A DNA stretch of 60,440 bases, counting the filler, from Sphacelaria rigidula (Eukaryota): NCBI GenBank assembly GCA_964200075.2. It is 3 parts of 3 records of this genome, joined end to end, with 100 filler letters (N's around TTAATTAATTAA, not from the genome) between each part and the next. Parts side by side here need not be neighbours in the genome. Positions count along the whole stretch, not along the records: positions 40,373 to 60,440 come from CAXNAA020000573.1; 2 more parts are not named here. One strand, written 5' to 3'. The translations under genes were made by a program, and so were the position numbers. The notes under the pieces were generated by a model. That model saw nothing but the letters and a program-made list of their open reading frames with translations, was not told where the DNA came from and did not search any database. This document shows positions 49,524 through 60,440 of this stretch, one piece after another. The number at the start of each line of letters is the position of its first letter. Position 1 is the stretch's first letter.

Positions 49524-49557
<34 letters not shown>

Positions 49558-52500
49558 CGTCTTGGACACTTTGCATCGCCCAACCGGAAAGAATATAGCC
49601 CACTTCTTCGATTCGCTTGGCTGCGAGGTTTCGAGAACGGCCTCTGGACAATAATGAGGCTGGAAAATCGAATGCGGTGTCCAAGACGTGTGATGGCTGT
49701 ATTCCCTGTTTGGGGGCCAACAACCGTGTCACAGATCCCAAAAATAGAAACTATGACCCCAAAAAATCCGGTCGTAGGAAACGGTTCGTATTTTCTGCAT
49801 GTGGGACTGGTCACACTATGAGCATAGGACAGTAAAATGGTTAGTAGTTCGAAAAGAGAGAAGTACTACTATAATGGTATAGCGCTACCGTAAAGTAGAA
49901 ACATCAAAAACTAAGAAGAGGTTCAACAGGTGGGCAAAGGCAAATGTGGAGGCACCAAAACGGGAAGATAGTGGTTCAAAAGGAGTGCAGAGTGGAAGTG
50001 AAGGAGTGTGTAGGTGAACTCAATAGTAGAAGGGCAGCAGCGGTTGATAAATCCGTGAATGGATGGATGAAGAGCAGGGGAGAGGGGATGATTACACACC
50101 CTGGACAATAGACGGCATATATTGCGATATCAATAGAATCTGCTGTAGATGCCAATACTGTCGTCCGTAGTGGCCATCGATCGGCCATTTTATTTTTTTA
50201 TCGTCATCGGCAACGTCTATCGATACACCAGTTTCCCACACTCTTGCCCGGGCAGCAGTCAGTTGTGGCCCTATATCTTTTGCGGCCGACCAAATGTATC
50301 GATGGATAGTTTTCCAAATCTACTTATGATGGCGATGACTATCAATAGACCGCGTGCCAGATCTATTGACGTCGACGATGGATATTGACACATTGTATAC
50401 CAAGTCTATTGATGACGGCAATAGCTATTGATAGATTGCGTACAAAATATATGCATGGCGAAAATAAATATCAATAGATACATACCAGAATCGACTGCGG
50501 TATGCGATGCCTGAATATAGATTTTCTCCGTCGTCTACTGCTGCACCTACATCGGAACATACTACGTATAGAGCATATTAGACTCCGTTGAAGTACGGTA
50601 GAGAAGCCGCAGCTGGACATGCAGAGGGAATATGATGATACTACTTGTGTATATATGATGTCACGTTCCTACAAGTTTGGAACGCTTGTATGTTGTAGGA
50701 ATCCACAATATGTGGGGACAAAAGTTTCATGTTTTGTTGGTGGGGAGGTGTTGTTACTTATGATTGTCCCTCTGATGGACATCAGTTCTCACAGTACTTT
50801 GTGTGTGTGGGTGAGATGTGCCTATAACCTGAACAATAGACTGTACTGGAACATTGCCGCTACAATAGCCCCGAAAAATAGACTGACAAATGTTTATTGT
50901 CCGTCATAATCGACTGGCATCGATGTCCATCGATCGTTATTGTGGTCGACAATAGATTCGGGACAAATGAGAGAATGTATCATTGCCGTGACAACGGAGG
51001 AGCCAAGTTGTCTATCGATACATTTCATTTGTTGCAATAGGCTCTGCATTGCGGCCACCGATGTATATTGCTAATCACAATAGGATCTTCCACGCGGCCA
51101 TCAATACAAATTGTTGGTTACAAAAGGATGTAAATTGCGCCCACCAATGTCTATCGCGGTTCACAGTATCATCTGAATCGCGGACATCAATGTACATCGC
51201 TGGTCACAATGCAATCTGAATCGCGGCCACCAATATCTATTGCTGACCAGAAAAGGAGCTGAATGGCGCCGATTACTAGCGCTATGCATGCATATTTTTC
51301 GATGTATGTTTCCACCTTATTCCACAGAAGCCATGGCCATCTATCGCCTCAGGTAGTTGCGTGTTCATGTGTAAGAGGTGCCGTTGATATCATAAATAAT
51401 AAATACCACTGCAGTGAGCAATATATTCATCAAAACCTATCGTTGACGTCACTGGCTATCGATAGGTGCTCCTGAGAACAATCGATTATTGACGGCAATG
51501 ACCATATTGATCGATACCAAAAAATGCCTTGGTGGCGGAGGCTACCGATAGACGGCTCAACAAATATATTGATGACGGTAATTGGTGTTGAAAGATGGCT
51601 CACCTAAGCTATTGATAACGACAATGATTATTAATGGATGGCTCACCAAACCTATTGATTACGGCAATGGCTATCGATATATACATCCCAGAATCTACTG
51701 CTGTACATGATTTTCATCAATGGCGAGTGATCTTCATCTATACCGGTCGCCCCGGTAGCTCAGTTAGTAACCTCGAAACCTTTTCGTGGTTGGGTCGTGA
51801 GTTCGAAAGCCGGCGCGATCTGGGATTTTTTATCACACAATGTCCAACAGTGGAGAGCGACTACGCCGTGGGTACACAAAGTTCGACTTTATGGTCGACG
51901 AGGGAAAGGGACTGCTGAACCCCCATCGCGATCAAAAAAAAGAAAGGCAAGCATCGCAGAGGGAAGGTGGAGGACTAAAAAACAAACAAAAAAGAAAAAA
52001 ACTCCTGTGTTGGCCCTCCTCCTGTGTGGCCGCCGGAAAACGCCCCGCCTGGTGCGCCCACATATACCGAAAGGTGTAGACCAGCGTCCAGAATTTGTGG
52101 GATGACAACACACGCTGTAATTGTCATACGCTATCGATCGACTATTGCAACACATTTTGTCCCTTGCAATACATATCAATACATGTGTTTCATCATGTAT
52201 CGTGTTCGACACGACACAGTAAGTCGATAGGTTTTCCACCGTGTCTATCGCTGAAGCAATGGACTATTATTGTGTCCATCGTTCAGAATGTGAATGATCA
52301 CCACGATGGTCATGTTGCATAATTGGATCTGGGAAAACGAGTGTACACCCAGACGGTGGAGAGAGGGAGTAGTGATAAATCTTTTAAAAAAAGAGACAAG
52401 GCTGAGCCAGGTAACTTTAGAGGGATAACACTACTGGGCACCGTAGGGAAAACATTCAGTAAGATACTGAACGATAGGGTGACAACAGTGCTGGCTGGAG

Positions 52501-55500
52501 AAGGAAGAAATATTCAGCGAGGGGCAACAGGGTTTAGATCAAACCCGTAGCTGCATAGACCACGTGTGCACATTGGGTAGAACTATTCCAGGTATAGTAG
52601 TCGGCATCAGAAGTTTTCAGAATTCGTAGTTGTTGTAGTTTTTGAGTTTTTCTCTAGTACTATTCTTCAAAACTACTTGAAAGTGCTAGCGCCGGTAGAT
52701 TCAGGGGGAAAGCGTAGGCCGCGTTTAAACTGCAGTGCCCAGGTTGGTGTTATTGGGGCGATACGGACGTGATCAGGAGGGTGTTATTGACCGTTTTTGG
52801 TTCAATGTAAGGAGTTTTCCGGCTCTCCCGCAGCGAAACGGTAAATATTCAAATAAATGAATATGTGAAAAAATCTTCACGATAACCATCGAGATCGTGT
52901 TTCCCTCCTATACTGCACAGACCTCAGTCTAGCATTTTCTGCGGATGGCTTTTTTTCGGGTAGTTTTCGCATACCATTTTCCATGAGCACTCGCAAGTGC
53001 TGGCGTCGATAGTTTTGGGAAAGTAAGCAGACCGTGTTCAAATCACAATGCCTAAGTTGGTGTTGTGGGGGCGATACGAAGTTAAGACCCCATTCATCAG
53101 GAGGCTGTTATTGACCGTAAATGACCCGAGAAACATAGTTGTGTGAATAGGTGGAATTTCAAAAAAATAAGCATTTTTGAGTCTTTACTAATATTACCGG
53201 GATCGAGTCGGTCCACCGAAAATATCGAGAAGCTAGAATCTGGGGTTGCACTTTCGCAGGACCCCCGAAGATCGGTCAAGCCCGTGAGTCACTCAATGTT
53301 GATCGCAGATTTTTTTTTTCAATATTTGTCAAAATGAATAAAATATCTCCAGATGCCCATTTTTTGGCATCTTACAGTCACTATGATGGGCGGTGGCAAG
53401 CGAAACGAATTTGGAAAATCTTTGAGAAACTAAGAGTTACGAATTCTACATACTTATGACGCTGACTATTGTAGGAAAGACGCCGGGCTAACAACCTACG
53501 GTTTCTATCCAGACGTTCAGAAGGCCTAGGATAGCGTATGAGAAATGAGCTATGCAAAAAAATGTGGGAAGGTGGGATCAGAGGAAAGATGTGGAGGGTG
53601 GTGAAAAAGGTTACAGAATGTGCGATAAGCGCTATGGTGCCAGATGGGGAAATATCGACATGTTTCAATATTTTGCAAGGAGTTGCACAAGGATGTACGT
53701 CATCACCAACTTTATTCAAGGTATTTGTTGATAACATGGTAGTTGCATTAGAAGCAGCAAAGCAAGGAGTCAGGGTGGGGAAAGACACTGCACCGGGATT
53801 AATGTTCGCGGATGATTTCGTGGGGATATCAGGAACACCAGAAGCATTGCAGAAACAAGTAGAGAAGGCGCTGGTATACACTAGAAAATGGAGAGTGACG
53901 GCGAACGTACAAAAACGCGCGGTACTTGTATGTAACGAAGATAGGGAGAACCCGGTAGAGTTCAGATGGAAGTGGGGACGTCAGGAATTGTCAAGCGTAT
54001 ACAATAATACATGCCTTGGCCTAGAGACGAAAAAAATAAATCTTGGGATGCACACTCTCACTTCTATACTAGGATTAAGATTGTACCATGGTTAATGTGA
54101 TTGTACCAAAGCTAAAATATGCAGTAGAAGTACGGGGAGGGAACGCGAAGTTGTTGAAGCAGCTAGAACAGTACAGGTGATGTCAGCAAAGAAGATACAT
54201 GGATGCTCAAAAACGACGATTAATACTCGTACAGCATCAAGAGTAAAGTTGGGAATGCACCCACTTGAAAGGAATAGAGACAATGTGACGTAAATAACAT
54301 GCCAAGAAAGATATTGACAGCCACAGTTGATTGGGCTGTACGGAAAAAAGTAGTGAGAGGATAGGCTGGAATGAGGTGGGATAGCGTAGTCGAGAAAGTA
54401 GGGAAGGAAAAAGGAGGGAACCAAGAGGAGTAAGCACACAGGAAAAGGTGGAGGTACAAGACAAAAATAAGAGACATGATACATTCGATTAATTGATTGA
54501 TTGATTGATTGTCGCACTTTAACTGACCCCCCAGGGGTCCAGCCGTGGTCTCATAATAGACGTACCCAAGAAAAACGAACAGAAACAAAGGAACAGAAAA
54601 AAAAGAAAAAGAAAGAGGGGTCGAACAGAACGACATAGCAGACTAAGTCGCGACAAAAACATGCAAAGGACAACAAGCGCCAACACGGAAAGTGGGCGAG
54701 AAGGAGCACCCGAAAACATTCAGGGGGACGAGAGAGAGCGGATAAATATGAAAACGTATCTGAACGACCAAACGGACCCCACGAAAAAGTTGAAAGCGTG
54801 ATGTCATATGGGGGACCCGGACCTGCCAGAAAGAAGGAAGAGGTATACCAGTAGTCAGGTGGAGGAGGACGTCCATGCACAGAATTACCCCTGTGGCAAA
54901 CCAACGGAGAGTTGACACTCATATAGTGGCAGAATGTGAACTACACAAGGAGGAACGGGACGTGCTGGATGGGGAAAGGTGGGAAGTAAACGAAGGTGGC
55001 ATGAAAACGTTTGATGCATTAAACAGTCAGTACTGTAGGGAGAAGACAATGACTATAATAGGAGATGAATGGTTTCCACCGACGGCGATACAGAAAGGGG
55101 ACAAAATGTGCAAAAAGGTTTTTGTTTAAGGTATGGAAGGCACGTAAATAGGGCCCATGTATTGGGGGTGTCTCTACTGTATCAGAGATAGGGAACAGCT
55201 CTCAGTCTCGAAAGGGATGCGTGGGCAATGACCAAACGACCAAGGCAAGCAAAAAATAAGTACACCTCCCAAGCCTCATGGTCATGAGTACACCCCCCCA
55301 ACCTGCATCATTCCTTAGACCCACCTGCCAGGGGTGGCCACGAGGACGTGTGGTGTGCCTTTGGCCAGCTGGTTGAGATCGCGGTTGATGTTTACCCCGC
55401 CCACGGCACACATCAGCCGCAATTTGTGAAACGCCATCAACTGGAGGAAGAAGTCAAGGGAGAAAATACAACACACACGCGACAGGAGTTCGTTGATTCA

Positions 55501-58292
55501 GACCAGGGGATACTAACCTTTGCATAGTGCACGCGGGGTACTGTGTTAAGCAGGGACCGTCAACAAAGGAAAAGCACGCCGTTTGAACTACACCTGCTCA
55601 GCCTCCGCCGCGATCTGTTGCGCCAGCTCTCGCGTGGGACTGATAACTATTCCGGAGATACCACGACTCTTGTTCTTGGCAGCTTTCTCCACGAGGGGGA
55701 TCAGGAAGGCTAACGTCTTGCCCGTTCCAGTTTTGGCCTTGGCCAGAACATCCACCCCTTTTTTGTTGTTTTTCGATGGTTTGTTCGACAAGGAGAAGCA
55801 AGGCAACACGATGCACGACGGAAGCCAATGAGGCGGTTGGTTTCATTTCGTCAGAAAGTACATCTTGTGTTTGTGTGTGTGCACGCGCGCGTATTTTCCG
55901 CCATACTTCCTCCTCTTCCTCCTCCTTCTCCTCCTCCGCGTGATTTTGTTGTCTCAAGAGATCAACCCACAACTCCCCCGGTATATACTACGGTACTAGG
56001 CATTGATTGGCCAAGCATTGGACACCGACATATAGAGGGGTTTCCTCGCCCCGAACCCCCAGAGAAGAGCGGGAAATAGAAGACAATGATATGTGGAATG
56101 TATGTCTAACACACACGCGGTGATTGTTCACGGCGGGTGGTTCTCGTTTGTTCACTCTACGAGCTGACTAAACGAAATCGTCATATATTATGTTTTACTC
56201 TTTTCGTATAGTATTTTCAAGACATCGCCATCTAAGCAACAAACATATATAGCTCAAGTCCCAGGCAGGGTCAGCATGTATTAACAGATGAAAAAAGCTC
56301 CCCCTTTTCAGGTTCTGCTGTTGCTGAAGACACGTACAAACAACAAAAACTCACCCGAGAGACACACAGGGATGGACTGCTCTTGGACCTTGGTCATGCA
56401 TTTGTAGCCCAGGATGTCCGACAGGGCGCCGTGCGTCTGCTTCGACACTTCCAGATCTTTAAATTCGGATCTTGTTATCTGTGGGGGAAATGCACAGAAA
56501 GTCATAAAAAACCACACATGCTCAAAATTTCAACAAAAATTCCCGTCAACATATATCGTTACTCACGCAGCAACTTAACCCTCGCTCCGCGAGCGTAGCG
56601 TAGTCAGCATACTTGTTTTGAAGTGAAATTGATGCCGATTCGACCGATGACCTATTCTCGGTATCTAAGAGTCAAGTTATTCACCAATACAAGGCTCATC
56701 TAGGAGCTGCCTTGCCCGCACGGGGGAGAGATGGCTTCATCCATTAAGACCACGGGCCCGTCCCGAGGAGGGGGGACGATTCGGAGTGCCACAAGAAGAA
56801 AATAAAATAAGTATTGTAGTTGAGGGGTATGGCCTTGAGGCGTGAGGCGTACACTGTTACACCAAGGGTTATCTCCAGAAAATATTGCATAATTTTCAAG
56901 ACAATATTTCCATCATATTTCCATAACATTTTAAAATGCAAGTTACGAAACAACAATAATGAAATGATGCCCTTTAAATGAAGCCTACTGCACAGCAGTC
57001 CTCCACCACAAGCCACCGTCAGGAAGAGCTTCACGGATAGCACGAATAAAAACGTAAAATGACTGGCCGCGTGGAATGATACTCGGGACTCAACTTCTGT
57101 AGTGCATTTTTGGTACAAATTTGATGTACTCGATCTCTTCTGGGAGCATGTATAGGACAGTGCGGTCATCAGTACCCGTATTCCACGTGAGTTGAGGGGC
57201 CTGGCCGGGTCTAACAGCTCAATAAATTTCGGGGCAGGGCTGGCACACCTCGGGCGTATTTTGATCCTGTACACATATCCCATCGTCTCTACTGTACCCG
57301 TCTGTCCTGCTGCCGCTACCCTACCGTACATACATTCAAACCTATATCATCAGCTGCTGGACACAACGGCATGAAACAGACGGCGTGCTATCGCTCTCTA
57401 CTGAATACATTCTCCTGCACGCTGTTGTCATTCTGACCAATCACAGCTATTAAAAAGGTCACTCCCATCCTCTCGGGCCTCGTTCCTGGTTCAGAATTTC
57501 TGCGGGAAACTTCGCAACACACATGGTTGTATTCGCGAGCTTTCCGGTTGTTCTGCAAACAGACTCCTACCCAACCCTAATATACCACCCTCCTGCCCCC
57601 TAGGAACCCCTGGATTTCCACACCCTGAACAACGGATCCTTTTGTCAAAAAATGTACTGCGTACAGTATAGAATCTATTGTCTACTGCAATAGGCGCTCT
57701 AGTCGATACTGTACGCAGTACAATTTTCGACTGTGCATTCTGTTGTCCAGGGCATGGAATATCCCTGCACTGACAGTCGCTGAAGCGATTTCGAGGTGAA
57801 GCTTGCAGTTTGATTGATTTATCGATTGACTGTTGACTGTTGAACATTAACTGATGCGCCAGGGATACAGCCGTAGTCACATGGTAGAGATACCCGAGAT
57901 TAAAATGAGACCGGAAACACCCGCTGAAGGAAAGTGGAGAAAACAGACAGGTATAATAGACACAGTACACTGCAAAAAACCGACTCGGAATGTAGTCAAT
58001 GGGTTCAAAAATACCTTGCCCTACGGCAACCCCTTGACCATGCCAGCGGTACTATTCCGAGGCGAAGTTGTTGGTGAAACGGTTGACTCCCTTGAATGCC
58101 AGGCCCCCTAATTGGATACCAAAAAACAGTTCTTTGGTGGTGGTGGGGGGGTGTACTCATGATCATGCTTGCCATAGTCATCATTGGTGGTGGTGGGGGG
58201 GGGGGGGGGGGGGGGGGGGCAACAAAAAAGTGTGTTTGGGGGGGGGAGAAGACCGGGGGGGGGGGGGGGGCGGGGGGAAGGACCTNNNNACG

Positions 58293-58352
<60 letters not shown>

Positions 58353-59303
58353 GTTGCAAGCTAAAATAGTTGTTTGTGGTGGAGAGACAACGCCTGCATG
58401 GGGAAGAGCGTTGCCAGGAACATGTCGCGCGCCATCGCCATTCTTACATAAGACATGATCAGCAGAGTTTGCAGTCTAACGATGGCGGGAAAATTATGAG
58501 GCCGATGATATTACACGAACGTCAACATATGTGGCGTAGTCATGTTACAGACAGTATATGCCAACGAGTGACAAATCCTACCTACGCACACACTCGACAA
58601 ATCTTCCCTACTCACACGCGTGGACGAAGCGATAAAAGCCAATAATCAAGAGAAAATCCACCTACCACCCACGACCAAAGCACTTTGAACCCCGCACAGC
58701 AACCCGCGTTGGCCCACAACCACTACAACCAATCCATTTTGAGCCGCACCGACCACAGACGGATCGACCACAATGCCCAGCACCGCAGCCCTATATCGAA
58801 ACCTCACACGCCCCCGTGATGTCGGCCCAGAAAAGGCACAAGAACATACATGATATTAACGAAACTGTAAAAACCTGATCAAGAGTTGTAGATGATGTAC
58901 GTGCGGTGGGGTTGATGTTAACCTCCGGGTCAGCAGTTGCCGGCTTTGCGGTCATGCACAGTCCACGCTCGATAGCACCCCCCATCCCCGCCCACTCGCC
59001 ACGATCATTGTGACGACTCCTGTGCGCGCTAGATGCCCACACTGACTGCCTCACTCCATTGGAATTGACACTAGAGCTACGTATTAATGCAACGGGGGCT
59101 ATCGGCGTGCTCTCGCGGGTACTAAATGTGGCAGCGGTGGTGGTGGTGGTGGTGCGTGGCAGAAACTGACGATGGCCTACCCTTACGCCACGAAGGGTTT
59201 GGCGTGTTATTGGTGTAGTGACTACGAGGCTACGGCCTGTTCGTACCAAAATCAACATGATCACTGGCTGCTGTAGTAGCAGCCTCAGAGGGCTCCGTGT
59301 CAT
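40811..59303 (-). CDS. DEAD-box RNA helicase, MSS116/RH25-26-31-like, probably organelle-targeted; 9 exons (511 codons), 3' end cut by contig edge
   Basis: Exons 59303-58875, 56478-56355, 55757-55594, 55440-55325, 47772-47631, 45655-45516, 42466-42349, 41847-41668, 40930-40811. GT-AG, in phase. Motifs: Q (GYKCMTKVQ), I (AKTGTGKT), Ia (SPTRELA), GG, Ib (ATPGRLLD), II (DEAD), III (SAT), IV (VIVFF), V ([13 protein letters not shown]), VI ([10 protein letters not shown]). The start codon could instead be the downstream ATG (MLILVR). Confidence 0.93.
43780..44030 (+). repeat. Family C retroposon copy
   Basis: Pyrimidine tract, then GACCACGG...GACCCCTGGGGGATCAG...TGCGACAATCAACCAATCAATC. Confidence 0.7.
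44830..45400. repeat. ~80-bp tandem repeat (5 clear copies plus decayed ones) in a helicase intron
   Basis: AAAGTCCTACAAAGTTCTCTGTAGAGCATG recurs at ~45001, 45080, 45159, 45240 and 45320. Confidence 0.88.
49430..49556 (+). repeat. Family C retroposon copy with intact (AATC)n tail
   Basis: GAGACCACGGCTGGACCCCTGGGGGGTCAGTTCGAGTGCGAC followed by (AATC)n. Confidence 0.82.
50130..51710. repeat. Degenerate satellite-like region (CTATTGATGACGGCAAT motifs; ~43-bp array at 51050-51270)
   Basis: Recurrent TATTGAT..CGGCAAT..CTATCGAT motifs, and five GCGG(C)CA(C/T)CAAT..(T/C)AT(T/C)GC units. Confidence 0.6.
51743..52113 (+). mobile_element. tRNA-derived SINE, family A
   Basis: A-box TAGCTCAGTTAG, B-box GAGTTCGAAAGCC, GGTCGC/GCGATC closing stem, CA tail. 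Colinear with 850-1189. Confidence 0.87.
52595..53471. mobile_element. Tc1/mariner-type MITE with TA target-site duplication, inserted in the LINE
   Basis: TA|TAGTAGTCGGCATCAGAAG ... CTTATGACGCTGACTATTG|TA. Removing it restores the LINE frame ([12 protein letters not shown]). Confidence 0.85.
54487..54805 (-). repeat. Family C retroposon inserted in the LINE
   Basis: (GATT)n GTCGCACTTTAACTGACCCCCCAGGGGTCCAGCCGTGGTCTC, then a purine-rich tract. Confidence 0.82.
57808..57960 (-). repeat. Old family C copy in helicase intron 1
   Basis: TTGATTGATT...AACTGATGCGCCAGGGATACAGCCGTAGTCACATGGTAGAGATACCCGAG. Confidence 0.6.
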
Positions 59304-60440
59304 ATCAGAATAGCCTAGTGCCGAGGTCTGCAGGCTGGGTACAAGTGGACCTTACCAACGACGATGAGAAATGGAGTTTGGATTATACGGGGTATAACAC
59401 CCTGCGGTGGTGATATGTTCAAAACCGTTTTTTCCCGAGAGTACGAGCCTTTACTCGCGAGAAAACCTGAAACAACGCTAACAAACGATCCGAGTATAGA
59501 TCAACTCTAAAAATGTCATATTTTCCAGCGTAGCGGTGATGTCCTCGGGGAAAATGTGCGGATTGCGTTCCCAGGTACCTGGTACTGACGGATTTTATTC
59601 ATACGGTTTTCCTGATTGCTGTGTCATTATCTAGAATCCACTCTCGAATGATCCAGAGTGGTCGTGTCAACCTGAGAGCCAGGTGACTACACAGACAGCA
59701 CGGGTTCAGTACATTGTGAGCAAAGTTCTTGGTCTGCGATCGTTCATTTGAGCATACTCGGCACAAATATGCTTACGAGAAGGTATATATTTGTTTCCTT
59801 CACTGCAGGTAAGCGGTACTACAAAAAGTCGGTCGTCTTTTGTCACTCTCCGTCCATGAGATTTCTTCCCTGTACAGGTTTACAGAGCATTTCAGCTGAA
59901 CACTTGCATCTCCCTCACTTACCTATTGGTCTACTGCAGTACAACAGTATTGTAGCTGTCTGAGAACTGTAGCGCACTGCGCTCTGTGCTGCTGTGTACT
60001 GCCTGCTGTATACATTTTGTGTATGTCTGTACTGAACCGCACAGGTCCCTCGTGTACAGCGAGTACCGACTGTGATGTACTGCTACATGAAGGATTCTCC
60101 GTCACTGTCGTGATAGGGGCACTTGAACCTACAGTACCTCAACTTTCTCAAGAGCTGCGGCGGCAGTGCCAGACAGCCCCGCCGCTTGTAGTTACCCTGC
60201 TAAAGGCTTGTATCGCTTGGAGTTACTACTGAAAGAGGTATCGTTTGGGGTAGATATCGTGGCTATCTTCCCGTCCACAAGAGCTCTCGGGAGCCATTGT
60301 GCCATAGTTTCTACATTATAAACCATACCCGAAGAAATGAGGGTGTTATCCCCCGTCATATGCCGTCTTCTTTTTTTCCTCACACTTTGAACCCCTCCCC
60401 TTCCTCGGGATGAGTACGTGGTCTCAAGGGGTCAACCCCT

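Larger units (their letters stand above)
52323..55262 (+). mobile_element. 5'-truncated, decayed LINE (non-LTR) RT region, split by two younger insertions
   Basis: [45 protein letters not shown]. The C-terminal PCG...HIVAEC region resumes at ~54810. Antisense to the host helicase. Confidence 0.9.

Noticed and set aside
51745..51822. Functional tRNA gene
   Set aside because: The cloverleaf is incomplete and runs into a repeat body with a second copy elsewhere, so it is a SINE head.
53538..54095. Intact reverse transcriptase gene
   Set aside because: It is a fragment of a LINE with stops, frameshifts and insertions.
26377..59303. PP2A/eIF2B/helicase 'translation-control cluster'
   Set aside because: The helicase is on a different contig, and the adjacency is artificial.
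60192..60383. HMTGD as a Copia protease motif
   Set aside because: There is no preceding DSG and no other Copia domain.

Overview
Eukaryotic, intron-rich, repeat-rich DNA, probably from a brown alga or related stramenopile (inferred from gene structure and repeat types, not verified). The window is not one locus. Three ~20-kb contigs (1-20091, 20192-40272, 40373-60440) are joined by artificial N44-TTAATTAATTAA-N44 linkers. Contig 1 has no recognisable host gene. It holds a decayed chromodomain-bearing Ty3/Gypsy retrotransposon, SINEs, a MITE and minisatellites. Contig 2 holds a complete 8-exon PP2A B'' regulatory subunit gene (+), convergent with an eIF2B-delta gene (-, 5' end unresolved), plus foldback repeats and a mariner relic. 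Contig 3 holds the first 9 exons of a probably organelle-targeted MSS116-like DEAD-box helicase (-). Its 7.5-kb intron carries nested LINE, MITE and SINE insertions. I found no convincing new enzymatic system. The best leads are an uncharacterised domain after the Gypsy chromodomain and several short retroposon families that share a 3' motif.
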